A DNA stretch of 64,000 nt, from NCBI GenBank assembly GCA_965247535.1, contig OZ252018.1:782674-846673 (forward strand), read 5' to 3'. Each line of letters starts with the position of its first letter. The first letter of the stretch is position 1. A program made the translations under genes and the position numbers. Shown here piece after piece: positions 42,686 through 53,179 of this stretch. This stretch comes from Dehalococcoidia bacterium. Lineage in GTDB: Bacteria > Chloroflexota > Dehalococcoidia > Lucifugimonadales > UBA2985. A model generated the notes under the pieces. It searched no databases. It saw nothing but the letters and a program-made list of their open reading frames with translations, and was not told the origin of the DNA.

Positions 42686-43073
42686 CCTCCACCCACGGCC
42701 TGTATGACCCTTGCGGGAACTATCCACGTAAAGTCCGGCGCCATCGCCACGAGCGCCGAGCCGATTGCGAATATGATCAGCGAAACCTGGAACATCTTGA
42801 CGCGGCCGTGTACGTCTTGACGCGGCCGTGTACGTCCGAAAGGCGCCCCACGAGGGGCATGGCCACGGTGTAGCTGATCAGGTATCCGGTGATGATCCAC
42901 GACGCCTTGTCCAGGTCCGTAAGGGGAATCTCAAGGTCCACCATGACCAGCGGCAGGGCGGCAACAACCACAGTCTGGTCTAGGGCGGTCGAGAATACGC
43001 CCAGGCACAGAATTGCCAGTATGGCCGTCTGGGAAGAGCCCCAGCGTACGAGGCTGGACCTCACGCCGCTCAC
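42670..43073 (-). pseudogene. N-terminal fragment of a DHA2/EmrB-type MFS transporter
   Basis: TALDQTVVVAALP, WIITGYL, GRLSDVHGR, ARVIQAVGGG; frameshifted by a 20-bp tandem duplication at 42795-42834. Confidence 0.8.
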
Positions 43074-43804
43074 TGGCCGGAGGCAGAGTCCGGAAGCTGG
43101 ATGTCCACGGGGGCGTTGACGTCCTCAATGGTCAAGAGGCGAGTGGTCTCGGGCGCGTCCTCGTCATAGATCTGGCCCGCCAGCCTCAACTGCCTGAGCA
43201 CGGCTTCCGTCTCGTCGATCCACAACGTAAGAGTGACGGGATGGCCCGGATTCGCCGTCGTGATTAGGGGCAGTAGGGCCTCTGAGTCGATCACACCCTC
43301 AACCTTGATGGACTGAGCGCCCTGCACTTCCTCTTGGCCGATCAATTTAAGGTCCGTAATGATGTCGGGCGGGCCGGCGAAGACCGTGCCCATGCCCGCG
43401 AAGTTGAAGGGCACCTGGTCGGGAGGCAGCGGTAACCACGGTGCGTCTTCGGAAAGCTTCAGGAAGGCCTGGTCGCCGACCTTTACGATCTCGATGGCCA
43501 CGAAGCCAAACCCGGGAGCCACCACCTCCACTATCATTCGCCGGCTGTCGGGCGCCTCGACCTGCGCCTCCATGCTCTTGAAGGTGGTCCCGAAGAACTT
43601 GGCGCCTGTTTCTGTTTCGTCAATCATGCCGAACTTGGCCGTGGACATGGCGGCGATGTTCTGGCCCACGGCCGCAATGAAGTCGTCCGCGCTCGGCGTC
43701 GGGGTGGGAGCAGCGGTTGGAGTGGGCGTGGGCTCTTCCTCGCACGCGGCGGCCAGCAGCAGTGAGCCGATCAGCAGCGAGGCAAGTGTTGCGGTAAGTC
43801 GCAT
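43070..43804 (-). CDS. LppX/LprAFG-like lipoprotein
   Basis: LAAAC lipobox, PT linker, VTLTLWID, NAPVDIQLP; overlaps the MFS start (GTGA coupling). Confidence 0.72.
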   Translation of the reverse strand: MRLTATLASLLIGSLLLAAACEEEPTPTPTAAPTPTPSADDFIAAVGQNIAAMSTAKFGMIDETETGAKFFGTTFKSMEAQVEAPDSRRMIVEVVAPGFGFVAIEIVKVGDQAFLKLSEDAPWLPLPPDQVPFNFAGMGTVFAGPPDIITDLKLIGQEEVQGAQSIKVEGVIDSEALLPLITTANPGHPVTLTLWIDETEAVLRQLRLAGQIYDEDAPETTRLLTIEDVNAPVDIQLPDSASGQ

Positions 43805-44137
43805 CTGGTCGTCTCCTTATCCCCCGGCCAGCGGCAATGCGCGGTCGTGCAGGGCAAGCAGACGTGTCTCGACTTGAGCGGGAACGCGCAACTGTCGCAT
43901 TGAAAGGCCCCTGGCCGTGTAGTCGACCAGCGCGGCTCCGGAGTCTGGGGTGAGCATAGTCCCTCTCGTACGCTGAGTCCTGCTCATGTGTAGGCTCTCT
44001 CCGGCCGCACGTCTCACCTATAGCGGTGAGAAGTTTGATTATCCTACAATTCGGGCAACCGCCGTGCAAGTGAGCCACTCGCGATGGGGGGCGGGCGTCC
44101 GCCCCGCGCCGACGCACGGGGTGGCTTGCCACGGCTC

Positions 44138-44166
44138 TTGACACACGTTCCTTTCCATGATAGATT
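44138..44166 (+). promoter_or_regulatory. Sigma70-type promoter of the tRNA pair
   Basis: TTGACA-17 nt-TAGATT. Confidence 0.7.
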
Positions 44167-44206
44167 CGCGGGAATCTGGGAAAGTGCTTTCTGAAGGAGG
44201 GCATAG

Positions 44207-44279
<73 letters not shown>

Positions 44280-44290
44280 CGAAATTCGTA

Positions 44291-44372
44291 GGGGAAGTGT
44301 CGGAACTGGCAGACGAGCATGACTTAGGATCATGTGCCGCAAGGCGTAGGAGTTCGAGTCTCCTCTTCCCCA
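44291..44372 (+). tRNA. tRNA-Leu (TAG)
   Basis: Acceptor GGGGAAG/CTTCCCC, anticodon arm catga-ctTAGga-tcatg, long variable arm gccgcaaggc, TTCGAGT loop; CCA not encoded. Confidence 0.95.
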
Positions 44373-44475
44373 GGAGCAAGTGAAGGCTCAAGACCCCTCG
44401 CAGAAACCCCGACCCGGCACGCTTGGTTGGCGCCGATAATCCGGCAAGTCCAAGTCTTATAAGGAGGAGGAAAAA

Positions 44476-45465
44476 GTGGCCAAGCTTCTTGAGGTTAAAG
44501 ACCTCGCAACCTACTTCTTCACGCCGGAAGGCGTAGTCAAGGCGGTGGACGGCATCACCTATGACCTGGAAGAAGGCGAGATACTGGGCTTGGTGGGCGA
44601 GAGCGGATGCGGGAAGAGCGTGAGCGCGCTGTCTCTCATGCGTCTCATCCAAAACCCGGGCAGGAACGTCGCCGGCTCCGTGATGTTCAACGGCCAGGAC
44701 CTGCTCACCCTGAATGACGATGACATGCGTCACATCCGGGGCAAAGACATGTCCATGATCTTCCAGGAGCCCATGACCTCCCTCAACCCGGTGCTCACCA
44801 TCGGGCGGCAGCTGACGGAGTCCCTCCAGTTGCACTTGGGGTTGGACAAAGCGGGGGCGGAAAATCGGGCAGGCGAGCTCCTCCTCATGGTCGGCATTCC
44901 GGAGGGCGATAGGCGTCTCAAGGACTATCCTCACCAGTTCAGCGGCGGTATGCGACAGAGGGTGATGATAGCCATGGCGCTCAGCTGTAACCCCAAGATG
45001 CTCATCGCCGACGAGCCCACCACTGCTCTGGACGTGACCATTCAGGCGCAGATCCTGGAGCTGGTGCAGCGCTTGGGCCAGGAGCTGGGCACGGCGGTGC
45101 TCATCATTACCCACAACTTGGGTGTGGTGGCGCGCTACGCCGACCGGGTCAACGTGATGTACGCCGGCAAGATCATCGAGCGAGGTACGTCCCGCGAGAT
45201 CTACGGCAACCCGCGTCACCCCTACACCATAGGTCTGCTGGCGTCCGTTCCTCGCCTGGACGAGGCTCGCAAGGAGGAGTTGACCCCAATCGAGGGCATG
45301 CCTCCCGATCTCATCTCCCTGCCGGCGGGGTGCTCCTTCCGCGCCAGGTGCAAGTTTGCCATAGACAGGTGCGCAACGGAAATCCCTCCGTTGGTGGAAG
45401 TATCCGAAGGTCACACGGCAGCCTGCTGGGTCTCCGACCAGCTGGGCGCAAGTGCTAGGAGGTAG
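44476..45465 (+). CDS. oppD: Oligopeptide/dipeptide ABC transporter ATP-binding subunit (OppD/DppD)
   Basis: [44 protein letters not shown]-terminal Cys motif. Confidence 0.9.
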   Translation: MAKLLEVKDLATYFFTPEGVVKAVDGITYDLEEGEILGLVGESGCGKSVSALSLMRLIQNPGRNVAGSVMFNGQDLLTLNDDDMRHIRGKDMSMIFQEPMTSLNPVLTIGRQLTESLQLHLGLDKAGAENRAGELLLMVGIPEGDRRLKDYPHQFSGGMRQRVMIAMALSCNPKMLIADEPTTALDVTIQAQILELVQRLGQELGTAVLIITHNLGVVARYADRVNVMYAGKIIERGTSREIYGNPRHPYTIGLLASVPRLDEARKEELTPIEGMPPDLISLPAGCSFRARCKFAIDRCATEIPPLVEVSEGHTAACWVSDQLGASARR

Positions 45466-45466
45466 C

Positions 45467-46480
45467 GTGCAAGACGATAATATCCTGCTCAACGTAGAGA
45501 ACCTGGTGAAGTACTTCCCCGTGCGGAGGGGAATTGTCATCCAACGTCACGTGGCCGACGTAAAGGCGGTGGACGACATCAGCTTCTTCATCCGCAGGGG
45601 TGAGACGCTGGGCATGGTGGGCGAGAGCGGCTGCGGTAAGACCACCGCCGCCCGCACCATCCTCCAGCTGTATCGCCCCACGTCCGGCGTTGTCGAGTTT
45701 GAGGGGACCGACCTTGCCGTCACCAAGGGCAAGGAGCTCCGCCTGATTCGCCGGAAGATGCAGATGATCTTCCAGGACCCCTACGGCTCGCTAAACCCCC
45801 GCATGAACTGCGGCAACATCATTGGTGAGCCACTGATAGTCCACAAGATCACCAGCGGACGCGGCGAGTACCGCGACCGCGTGGCCGAGCTGCTGACCAC
45901 CGTCGGTCTCAGCCCGTACATGGCCAGCCGGTTCCCGCACGAGTTTAGCGGTGGTCAGCGCCAGCGCATCGGCGTCGCCCGGGCGCTTGCGGTGCGGCCG
46001 AGCTTCATCGCCTGCGACGAGCCGGTGTCAGCGCTGGACGTGTCCATTCAGGCGCAGCTGGTCAACCTGCTGGAGGAACTCCAGTCACAGTTCGCCCTGA
46101 CGTACCTTTTCGTGGCCCACGACCTTTCGGTGGTGCGCCACATCAGCGACCGCATCGTGGTGATGTACCTGGGCAAGATCGCCGAGATCGCTGGCCGCGA
46201 TGAGCTGTACGAGAACCCTCTGCACCCCTACACCAAGGCGCTAATCTCCGCAGTGCCCATCCCCGACCCGGTGGTGGAGGCCCAGCGCGAGCGCACGGTG
46301 CTTACGGGCGACGTGCCCAGCCCGCTGCGACCGCCTCCGGGCTGCGTGTTCCACCCCAGGTGCCCCATCGCCGCCGACGAGTGCACAGGCGTTCACACCG
46401 AAGGGCTTACGAACGAGCGCGGTGTCCCCGACCTGAGAGAAGTCTCGCCGGACCACTGGGTGTCCTGCGTTCGGGTGTAA
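45467..46480 (+). CDS. oppF: Oligopeptide/dipeptide ABC transporter ATP-binding subunit (OppF/DppF)
   Basis: [43 protein letters not shown]; AGGAGG RBS before GTG 45467. Confidence 0.9.
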   Translation: MQDDNILLNVENLVKYFPVRRGIVIQRHVADVKAVDDISFFIRRGETLGMVGESGCGKTTAARTILQLYRPTSGVVEFEGTDLAVTKGKELRLIRRKMQMIFQDPYGSLNPRMNCGNIIGEPLIVHKITSGRGEYRDRVAELLTTVGLSPYMASRFPHEFSGGQRQRIGVARALAVRPSFIACDEPVSALDVSIQAQLVNLLEELQSQFALTYLFVAHDLSVVRHISDRIVVMYLGKIAEIAGRDELYENPLHPYTKALISAVPIPDPVVEAQRERTVLTGDVPSPLRPPPGCVFHPRCPIAADECTGVHTEGLTNERGVPDLREVSPDHWVSCVRV

Positions 46481-46595
46481 CGCGCCAAGCTACGGCATAG
46501 AAGACGGAATCGCGGTTGAGCCCGGCTCAGCCGCGATTCTGCTTTGATGGCGGATTGAGGTGGCCGGCGGCGTGGCTGCTTACGTGAGCCACTCT

Positions 46596-48374
46596 CTACC
46601 GGCGCCACTCCTCGATGTTCCAGAGCTCGCTGTCCCAGCCGTTGATCAGGACGCCCTGTAGACTGTTCAGGTGCGCTGAGACGAACCCGCGGTTGACCAG
46701 CGGGATCTCGTAATGGCTCTGAACCTGGATGTCGTTCAGCCTGATGATCAGCGCGGCGCGCTCGGGACCGGCGCCGGTCTGGGCAAGCTCCTCGTACACC
46801 TCGTCGTACCCGGGGGTGCAGGAACGGGCCGTGTTGTCGCCCGCCCAGCTGTTCTCACGCGTTGGGATGTGCTTGCATATCGAGCCAGCCAGATAATGCT
46901 GCGGGTCGATGTCCGGCCCGCTCGCGTACATCTGAACGTCCGCATAAAACCTGCGAAGCGACGCCTCCTTGTCCGCAACCGGGTCGCCGCCAAAGTAGAC
47001 GCTCGCGTCGTGGTCGATGAGATCGGTGTCGATGCCTATCTGGCTCCACCAGTCCCGGATGAGGGCCTGCGTATCCTGGCGTATGGCGTTGGTGGAGGTC
47101 TGGTAGGTGATGCGCAGGGGCACGCCGTTGTGCTCGCGTATGCCGTCTCCATCTGTGTCCAGGACTCCGTTTTCGTCCAGCAGCCTGTTCGCCCCATCGA
47201 CGTCTTGGGCCAGGCACCCGTCGTTGGCGGTGGAGACGTAGGCCGGCGGCCCCGTGATGAGGTTGCAAGTGGGCTCTCCGGTGAACCCATACAGGTCACC
47301 CGCGATGACGCTGCGGTCGATGGCCATGGACATCGCCTGGGTGATCGGCGGGAAGGTGAGGAAGGGATGGGGGTTCTCTCCGTCCAGGTACTCGGAGCGA
47401 TTGTCCCCTAGAGCCGGGTCGGGGTTCGTCTGATTGATCACGAGACGCTCCACCAGGCTGGAGAATGCAGTCACGACTGTGCCGTGGCCGGCCGCCTGCA
47501 TCTCGGCCAGGACGCCCGGGTCCACCTGCAGGTTCCAGGCGTAATCGGCTTCGCCCGTCTCCAGGACGGCGCCTGCCGCGGAAACGGCACCGCCGCCGCC
47601 CCTGATGACGACGCGGTCGAAGTAGGGTTCCGGCCCCCGGTAGAAGGGGTTCCGCTCGTAGTGCGCCCCCTCGTTGGGCGTGAACGTCGTGATCCTGTAT
47701 GGGCCCGTGCCGAGCGGGGAGAGGTTCTGAGCGTCGCATGACACGGCGGCCTCTCCAACGCAGTCGGCGAACTGCACCCGGCTGATGATGGGCGAGCCTG
47801 TGCTGACAAAGGCCGCGTAGGGGTAGGGCGTGGGCGCATCGAACGTGATCTTCAAGGTGAGGCTGTCCACGGCCTCCACGGAAGAGATGCCGTCGAAGTA
47901 GCTTTCCGCCGTGCAGCCAGTGGCCTCGTTCGAGCAGTACTGCCAGGTGAACACGGCGTCCTCGGCAGTCATTTCTGTCCCGTCCGACCACATCAGCCCT
48001 TCCCTGAGCCTCCAGGTAATCGAGGTCAGGTCCGGCGAAACGCCGCCGTTCTCGATGGTGGGAATCTCCGCCGCCAGGGCCGGTACAAGGCTGCCGTCCG
48101 GCGCGTACTTGGCCATCGGCTCCAGCGTCAACGCGCCCGCGTCCCGGTCCTTGTAGCCTGAGGACAGAAACGGGCCTGGCAATGATGGCGCCTGCCAATA
48201 GAGGATCGTCATCACCTCCGGCTCGGGCGTCGGCGATGGGGCCGGCGTTGGTGATGGCGCGGGTGTCGGCGAGGGGGCGGAGGTGGGCGTTGGCGTTTCC
48301 TCGGCGGAGCCGCTGCAGGCGGCGAACACCAGCAGGGCCGCCAGGCTGACTGCGAGTCTGATGGTTGTGTTCAT
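46596..48374 (-). CDS. Peptide ABC transporter substrate-binding lipoprotein (family 5)
   Basis: FAAC lipobox, PT linker, LAAEIPT.ENGG, WSDG...TAED, GTGPY. Confidence 0.9.
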   Translation of the reverse strand: MNTTIRLAVSLAALLVFAACSGSAEETPTPTSAPSPTPAPSPTPAPSPTPEPEVMTILYWQAPSLPGPFLSSGYKDRDAGALTLEPMAKYAPDGSLVPALAAEIPTIENGGVSPDLTSITWRLREGLMWSDGTEMTAEDAVFTWQYCSNEATGCTAESYFDGISSVEAVDSLTLKITFDAPTPYPYAAFVSTGSPIISRVQFADCVGEAAVSCDAQNLSPLGTGPYRITTFTPNEGAHYERNPFYRGPEPYFDRVVIRGGGGAVSAAGAVLETGEADYAWNLQVDPGVLAEMQAAGHGTVVTAFSSLVERLVINQTNPDPALGDNRSEYLDGENPHPFLTFPPITQAMSMAIDRSVIAGDLYGFTGEPTCNLITGPPAYVSTANDGCLAQDVDGANRLLDENGVLDTDGDGIREHNGVPLRITYQTSTNAIRQDTQALIRDWWSQIGIDTDLIDHDASVYFGGDPVADKEASLRRFYADVQMYASGPDIDPQHYLAGSICKHIPTRENSWAGDNTARSCTPGYDEVYEELAQTGAGPERAALIIRLNDIQVQSHYEIPLVNRGFVSAHLNSLQGVLINGWDSELWNIEEWRR

Positions 48375-48860
48375 GGCGTGGCTGTAGGTTGTCCTTTCGC
48401 GGGGGATGTGTCGCATTGTATGCCGCACCATATACCTGCACAAGATAGAGTGTGATAACCGGTTTCTCCTTCGTCGAGCGCCTGGCGCGCTGGAAGTACG
48501 ACGATGCTCCCAGTTCGCAGGTAAGTGTTGGTCGTGTCCCAGCGGCCCGCATCAGGAGAGGCGGGGCCTGCGAGTTCGGCATGAAGCTCAGTGATGGGGG
48601 CGTATCGTTTTGGGGCGCGAGGTGGTGACGGGCGAGGAGCGGCGCGGGACTGTTAGAGCGTCCTGCGCTGAGGATACTGTTGGGGCGCGAACGGGCCGCC
48701 CAGCCTGTGACAGGACACACCAATTTGTGTTACAACTAGCGTGGGCGGGATTTCTTGCCGCGGTCGTGGTGGACAGGCTGCCGGCACGTTGGTTTCCCGG
48801 CTGCCGCACTTGATTGCCGGTTGGGTCCGGTTCTGAAACCTGCGAGATGGAGGCCTAGCG

Positions 48861-49574
48861 ATGAGCGTCAACGACATCTTCGGCAACGGACTCGACCTCC
48901 AGGACGCCCTGGACCTGCTGGAGCCGCTATCGATCTACGTCCTGGGAATCGCAGGCTATGGCATCCTGGTGTTCAAGTACTACCGATTCGTGGCCGCGCG
49001 GGACATGTTCGAGCTGGACCTGTCCCGGTATGAGGGTGTTAGGCTCAGATGGGTCAGGTCTCTCTTGCAGGTCACGCTCTACATCTTCAAGTACCTCATT
49101 CTGTTCCCGGTCTTCGCCTTCTTCTGGTTCGCCGTCCTGACGCTCGTGCTGGCATTCCTGTCGAAGGGTCAAACGTTCTCGGATACGCTGCTGATTGCCG
49201 TGGCTACTGTCAGCGCGATCCGGGCGACGTCATACTACAACGAAGACCTGTCCAGGGACCTGGCAAAGATCCTGCCATTCGCCATCATGGGCGTCTTCCT
49301 CATCGACGCGTCCTTCTTCTCGCTCTCAGATTCGCTGAACACCCTGAATGAGGCAAGCGATTACAACGCGCACATACTCTACTATCTGCTGTTCCTCATA
49401 GCGCTGGAGTTTGTGCTGCGCATTGCCATCGGGGTCGGAGCGCTGTTTGGTCGCGGACGGGACCGAAAGGAGACCGTCTCCGCCGCTGACGAGGAGGCCG
49501 TCGAGGCCGCTCCCGCAGACGAAGACGCCCCATCCGCCGACGATTTGCCTGGCACGCCCACCGACGCAAACTAG
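48861..49574 (+). CDS. Hypothetical membrane protein
   Basis: About 6 TM segments; IRATSYYNEDLSRDLAKILPF; GGAGG RBS; acidic tail. Confidence 0.75.
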   Translation: MSVNDIFGNGLDLQDALDLLEPLSIYVLGIAGYGILVFKYYRFVAARDMFELDLSRYEGVRLRWVRSLLQVTLYIFKYLILFPVFAFFWFAVLTLVLAFLSKGQTFSDTLLIAVATVSAIRATSYYNEDLSRDLAKILPFAIMGVFLIDASFFSLSDSLNTLNEASDYNAHILYYLLFLIALEFVLRIAIGVGALFGRGRDRKETVSAADEEAVEAAPADEDAPSADDLPGTPTDAN

Positions 49575-49634
49575 GTGCCCGCGTAACGCTCTCCTATCGA
49601 GTTGGCTTGAGATTCGAATCTGCGGCGCTGATGG

Positions 49635-50084
49635 CTACTGTGAGGCATCGAGCCTTGCCTCGGCAATCTCGGTCATGATGGTGGATAGCACGACCAGCCC
49701 TTCCATCAATTCGAGTGACCTCTTGGTTTCCTCATCCGGTGAGGCTGCCTGTACGGCCGTAAAGACTCGGTGGATCTCCCGGGCCAAGCCTGTCAAGCGC
49801 TCCTTGAAGACCGGATTCTGCGTGTTATCTATGATGGCGTGAATTATGTTGTCGACCCTGTCGGAGTCCTCTTGGCGCGCTCCCGTAAGGTTGGAGTTGG
49901 CGAGCGCGGTCATCTGCTGAGCGATGGCGTTCATGGTCGCCTCGTCAATGGAAGCGACGTCCCCGGGAGAGCGGGCAGGCCCCTCGGGGCCCTGAGGTCC
50001 TGGCGGCCCTTGATCACCCTTCGGCCCCTGGCCTCCCTGACAGGTGGCTGTCAGCAGCAACAGGGCGGATAACGAAACCAACAC
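49635..50084 (-). CDS. Small lipoprotein with a short collagen-like Gly-X-Y run
   Basis: Hydrophobic stretch + TATC; GPKGDQGPPGPQGPEGP; the true start may be upstream across a frameshift near 50110. Confidence 0.6.
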   Translation of the reverse strand: MLVSLSALLLLTATCQGGQGPKGDQGPPGPQGPEGPARSPGDVASIDEATMNAIAQQMTALANSNLTGARQEDSDRVDNIIHAIIDNTQNPVFKERLTGLAREIHRVFTAVQAASPDEETKRSLELMEGLVVLSTIMTEIAEARLDASQ

Positions 50085-50459
50085 TATGACCGAGCGCTTT
50101 GCGATTCCTCATTTTCCCCTTGGGCTCGTGCTGAGACTGTGCGAAGCTCGGGGTCTCAATTCTCCAAGAACGAAGGACATCACGAATCCCTTCTGGCGTG
50201 CGCCGGTTCTCCAAGGCGTTCTTCAGTGAGTAGAAGTGACCTGACCGTGAACGCACGGTTGCCTGCCATGCCATTGTCAGTAGTTGCTGCGACAGCGAAC
50301 TGTGAACGGTGGGCGACTGAGCACCCGTTTCGATCCCGCCACCAACAGTGAGCGCTACGGGCCAACACTTGCGGGAGGCTGCGTAGCGTTGACTCGCGCG
50401 GGCTTCGACGGCGCGGCATCCGTATGCGACGCCACCGCACCCGGCGGATGTCCTCTACC

Positions 50460-50720
50460 GCCGGCGTTTGCGGTGTGAGTCATGATGCCCCAGCTCATCC
50501 TCAGATCCAGCAGCCCGAGGAACGACAGGACTGCCTCGGCGAAGATTGCGCTCGTAACCGTGAACATCATGTAGAGCAGGGACAGAGGCAGCAGGTTAGG
50601 AACGATATGGACGAAGATGATCCTGGCCTGGCTGCCCCCGGCTACACGGGCGGCTTCGATATATGGCTTGACCTTGATGCTCAGCGCCTGCGATTTGAGG
50701 ACAATGGCGGCTCTGGAACG
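50460..50720 (-). pseudogene. Internal fragment of an OppC/DppC permease
   Basis: KSQALSIKVKPYIEAARVAG...IIFVHIVPN...EAVLSFLGL...SWG; both ends missing. Confidence 0.75.
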
Positions 50721-50776
50721 GGCCGGAGGGTCTGGGTGAGGCTCTCGCGGGCTCTTCGCGCGATCCTTGCGCCCCC

Positions 50777-50812
50777 TTGACAGGGAGTAGTAATGTGTAG
50801 TATATAGTATAC
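50777..50812 (+). promoter_or_regulatory. Putative leaderless sigma70 promoter with repeated TAGTA boxes
   Basis: TTGACA at 50777; TATATA at 50801, 6 nt before the ATG; TAGTA at 50788, 50798 and 50805; no SD. Confidence 0.5.
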
Positions 50813-51163
50813 ATGACACTAGGGGCGTACCTGCGCGGAGCGCGTGAGCAGGCCAGGACAAGTGACCGCTCCTACTCCCTGCGCAAGGTCGCACAGCGAG
50901 TAGGCATCGAGCCCGGCTATCTGAGCAAGATCGAGCGCGGAGATGTTCCTCCACCCTCAGAGGCCACCATCCGCCGCCTTGCGCAGGAGCTGCAGGAGGA
51001 CCCGGACCTGTTGCTGGCAATGGCCGGAAAGGTCTCACGCGACCTGCAGGACATCGTGCTGCGCCGCCCTCAGCTCTTCGCAGAGCTGTTGAGGCAGCTT
51101 AGAGATGCGCCGGACCACGCCATCCTGCGAATCGTGAGGGAGGTCCGCGATGGCGAGTGGTAG
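50813..51163 (+). CDS. XRE-family HTH transcriptional regulator
   Basis: SLRKVAQRVGIEPGYLSKIERG...PPSEATIRRLA. Confidence 0.88.
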   Translation: MTLGAYLRGAREQARTSDRSYSLRKVAQRVGIEPGYLSKIERGDVPPPSEATIRRLAQELQEDPDLLLAMAGKVSRDLQDIVLRRPQLFAELLRQLRDAPDHAILRIVREVRDGEW

Positions 51164-51208
51164 GGCTGGCGTCCAGGTTGAAGAAGACATGAGGAGGAGA
51201 ACAGGACA

Positions 51209-52192
51209 TTGATCGAGTTGCAGAATGACCAGCTGGAGTTTCGGTTCCCAGAGGTGCACGAGCATGCCTCGCTAACCATCAGCTTCCAGCGTACGCTGCG
51301 TATCCCCGACGACAATCGGGACTACCCACTGCCCCCCGGCCTGGGGCGCTTCCCCTTGGCCCACGTGGACGACCACCCCGCCGGCGTTCCGCAGTCCTGG
51401 GTCAGGCACGGCGGTGTAATGCTCCCCATGCACCAGGCGGAGGCTATGTGGATCAGCTTCCACGCCGATTACCCAATGGCCGTGAAGGTGGCAGCCGGGA
51501 AGATCAACGCTCTGACCGGCCAGCGGTGGAAGAACGAGGTCTCCAAGCGGCCACAGGACTACCTGGTTGTGCCAGGTCAGCCGTGGCTGGACGGGTTCTG
51601 CGTCCGGAAGGGTGTTGTACGCCAATTCGTGGCCATGCCGCTGGGCGGGGGATTCTCGGCGGAGGAGCAGCTGACGGGAACCGCTGAACACGGGGGTCTT
51701 CAGATCATCGTTTACCCAATGAAGACTGAGACATACGAGGAGCTGAGGACAGCAGTGACTTACAGCTGCTTTCCGCCGCCTCAAACGGATGCAAAGATGT
51801 ATAGCCCCCCTGAAATGGGCCTGGCGCCGGGCGGCCTCATGCGCCAGGAGATCTACCGGGATGAATACGGGTTCGATGCGTGGAACGTGTCGGTGCGGTC
51901 GCGTTGCTTTGTGCACATTCTGAACAGCCTCCAGTATGCGGCGGTGTGCGGTGTCGAGCCACCCAACAAGCCTCCGACGGCGGCCGAGTACAACGCCGCC
52001 GGGCTGCCGTGGTTCGAATACTACGGCGGCGACCTGGAGGCGCTTGAAGGCGCGAAGGCCCTGGCGGGTCTGGATAGCGTGGCCGCCAAGCAGTGGAAGG
52101 AAGGCGTGCCCGGCCTGGAAGGCAACGAGCCGGTCCGGCCCAAGCGGGTCAGGAAGCTGGGCCGCAGGCGGATTTCGGAAGGCGACTTCTAG
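51209..52192 (+). CDS. Conserved-looking uncharacterised protein (FQRTLRIPDD...LPPGLG motif)
   Basis: 327 aa, GAGGAGGAG upstream, coding-like codon usage; motifs PMHQAEAMW, QPWLDG, QFVAMPLG.G..AEEQ.TG, MGLAPGG. Confidence 0.8.
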   Translation: MIELQNDQLEFRFPEVHEHASLTISFQRTLRIPDDNRDYPLPPGLGRFPLAHVDDHPAGVPQSWVRHGGVMLPMHQAEAMWISFHADYPMAVKVAAGKINALTGQRWKNEVSKRPQDYLVVPGQPWLDGFCVRKGVVRQFVAMPLGGGFSAEEQLTGTAEHGGLQIIVYPMKTETYEELRTAVTYSCFPPPQTDAKMYSPPEMGLAPGGLMRQEIYRDEYGFDAWNVSVRSRCFVHILNSLQYAAVCGVEPPNKPPTAAEYNAAGLPWFEYYGGDLEALEGAKALAGLDSVAAKQWKEGVPGLEGNEPVRPKRVRKLGRRRISEGDF

Positions 52193-52306
52193 CCCCGGAC
52201 GACTGGTGCGAGCGGACGTACAAGTCGAGAAGGTCATTCGGCAGGCCCGGAGCCCTTGCAGCTCCGGCGCCCTGCGAACATCACGTCACAAGAGGAGTCT
52301 CAGGAA

Positions 52307-52822
52307 TTGCCAAACGGAGGCTCGGACAATTGAGGCACTTGCTGGTTCAACAGGAAGAATATGCATGGGGCCGGCCTGACCAAGGGGAACAGACACCCCC
52401 CCCCAAGCAACCATTGCGATATCAGGGACGAACCGATTGAAGACCCCGGCTATACGTACTGCGCAAATCACCACAAGAGGCGACCGGTCAGAGACCCGAT
52501 TCCTGTCGGGCCGACCCTGGCGGCAGAGTACGTTGGCGGATTCGCATACGAGCGCGTGCCCCTGAAGCCTTCGCCGGATGCCGAGGAGATCCGGCGGCAC
52601 CTACTCGACCTTCTCGACAAATTCGAAGAGACGGAAGCAGGGGATGCGTACCCGTCACATCCCAGGGTGATGGACATAGTAATCTGGCAGCTGGGTGAGT
52701 TTCGGGAGCATAGAGCCGTAGAGCCTTTGCGGAGGATGGAGATGGACGTGGAGGAATGCCGTGCGGACTTCATTCGAGAGACAATAGATGGGATTCAAAG
52801 AGATGCAGGTTCCGGGGAATGA
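52307..52822 (+). pseudogene. Cys/His-rich protein with HEAT-like C-terminus; in-frame TGA at codon 9 (nonsense or Sec)
   Basis: GAGGAG RBS and TTG 52307 give MPNGGSDN*GTCWFNRKN, in frame with ORF 52361-52822 (HCDIR, YCANH, IWQLGEFREHRAVEPL). Confidence 0.65.
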
Positions 52823-52953
52823 CTCCGAAACAGGTCGGGCGCACTACAGCTCGCCAATGGGACTTGCCCAATATCTCAACGCGCAGAGATTGCAGTGAAA
52901 CCTCGGAGGCCCGGGAGTTACGGTTCCGCAACGGGAACGAAAGGAGACACCAA

Positions 52954-53172
52954 ATGACAACAGAGGAACCTCCACATTCAAGGTGGACGGACAACCCGTT
53001 TCGGCAGCCGGGCCTGACGCCCGAGCAGCTGGAGTGGCTGGACAAGCGCGACGAGGCCACGCGTATATTCCAGGAGACGGGTGATGATACCATGGCTATC
53101 GAGATCGGCCTGTTCCCTCCGAGGGACGAGAAGCCTGATGACGAGGCGGAAGAAGAAACGTGCGTGATATAA
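52954..53172 (+). CDS. Small acidic hypothetical protein (72 aa)
   Basis: AAGGAG RBS before ATG 52954; MTTEEPPHSRWTDNPF... Confidence 0.55.
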   Translation: MTTEEPPHSRWTDNPFRQPGLTPEQLEWLDKRDEATRIFQETGDDTMAIEIGLFPPRDEKPDDEAEEETCVI

Positions 53173-53179
53173 TCTCCAG

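Noticed and set aside
48600-48700. tggggcgcga repeated 70 bp apart in an intergenic region
   Set aside because: Only two short GC-rich copies; could be chance
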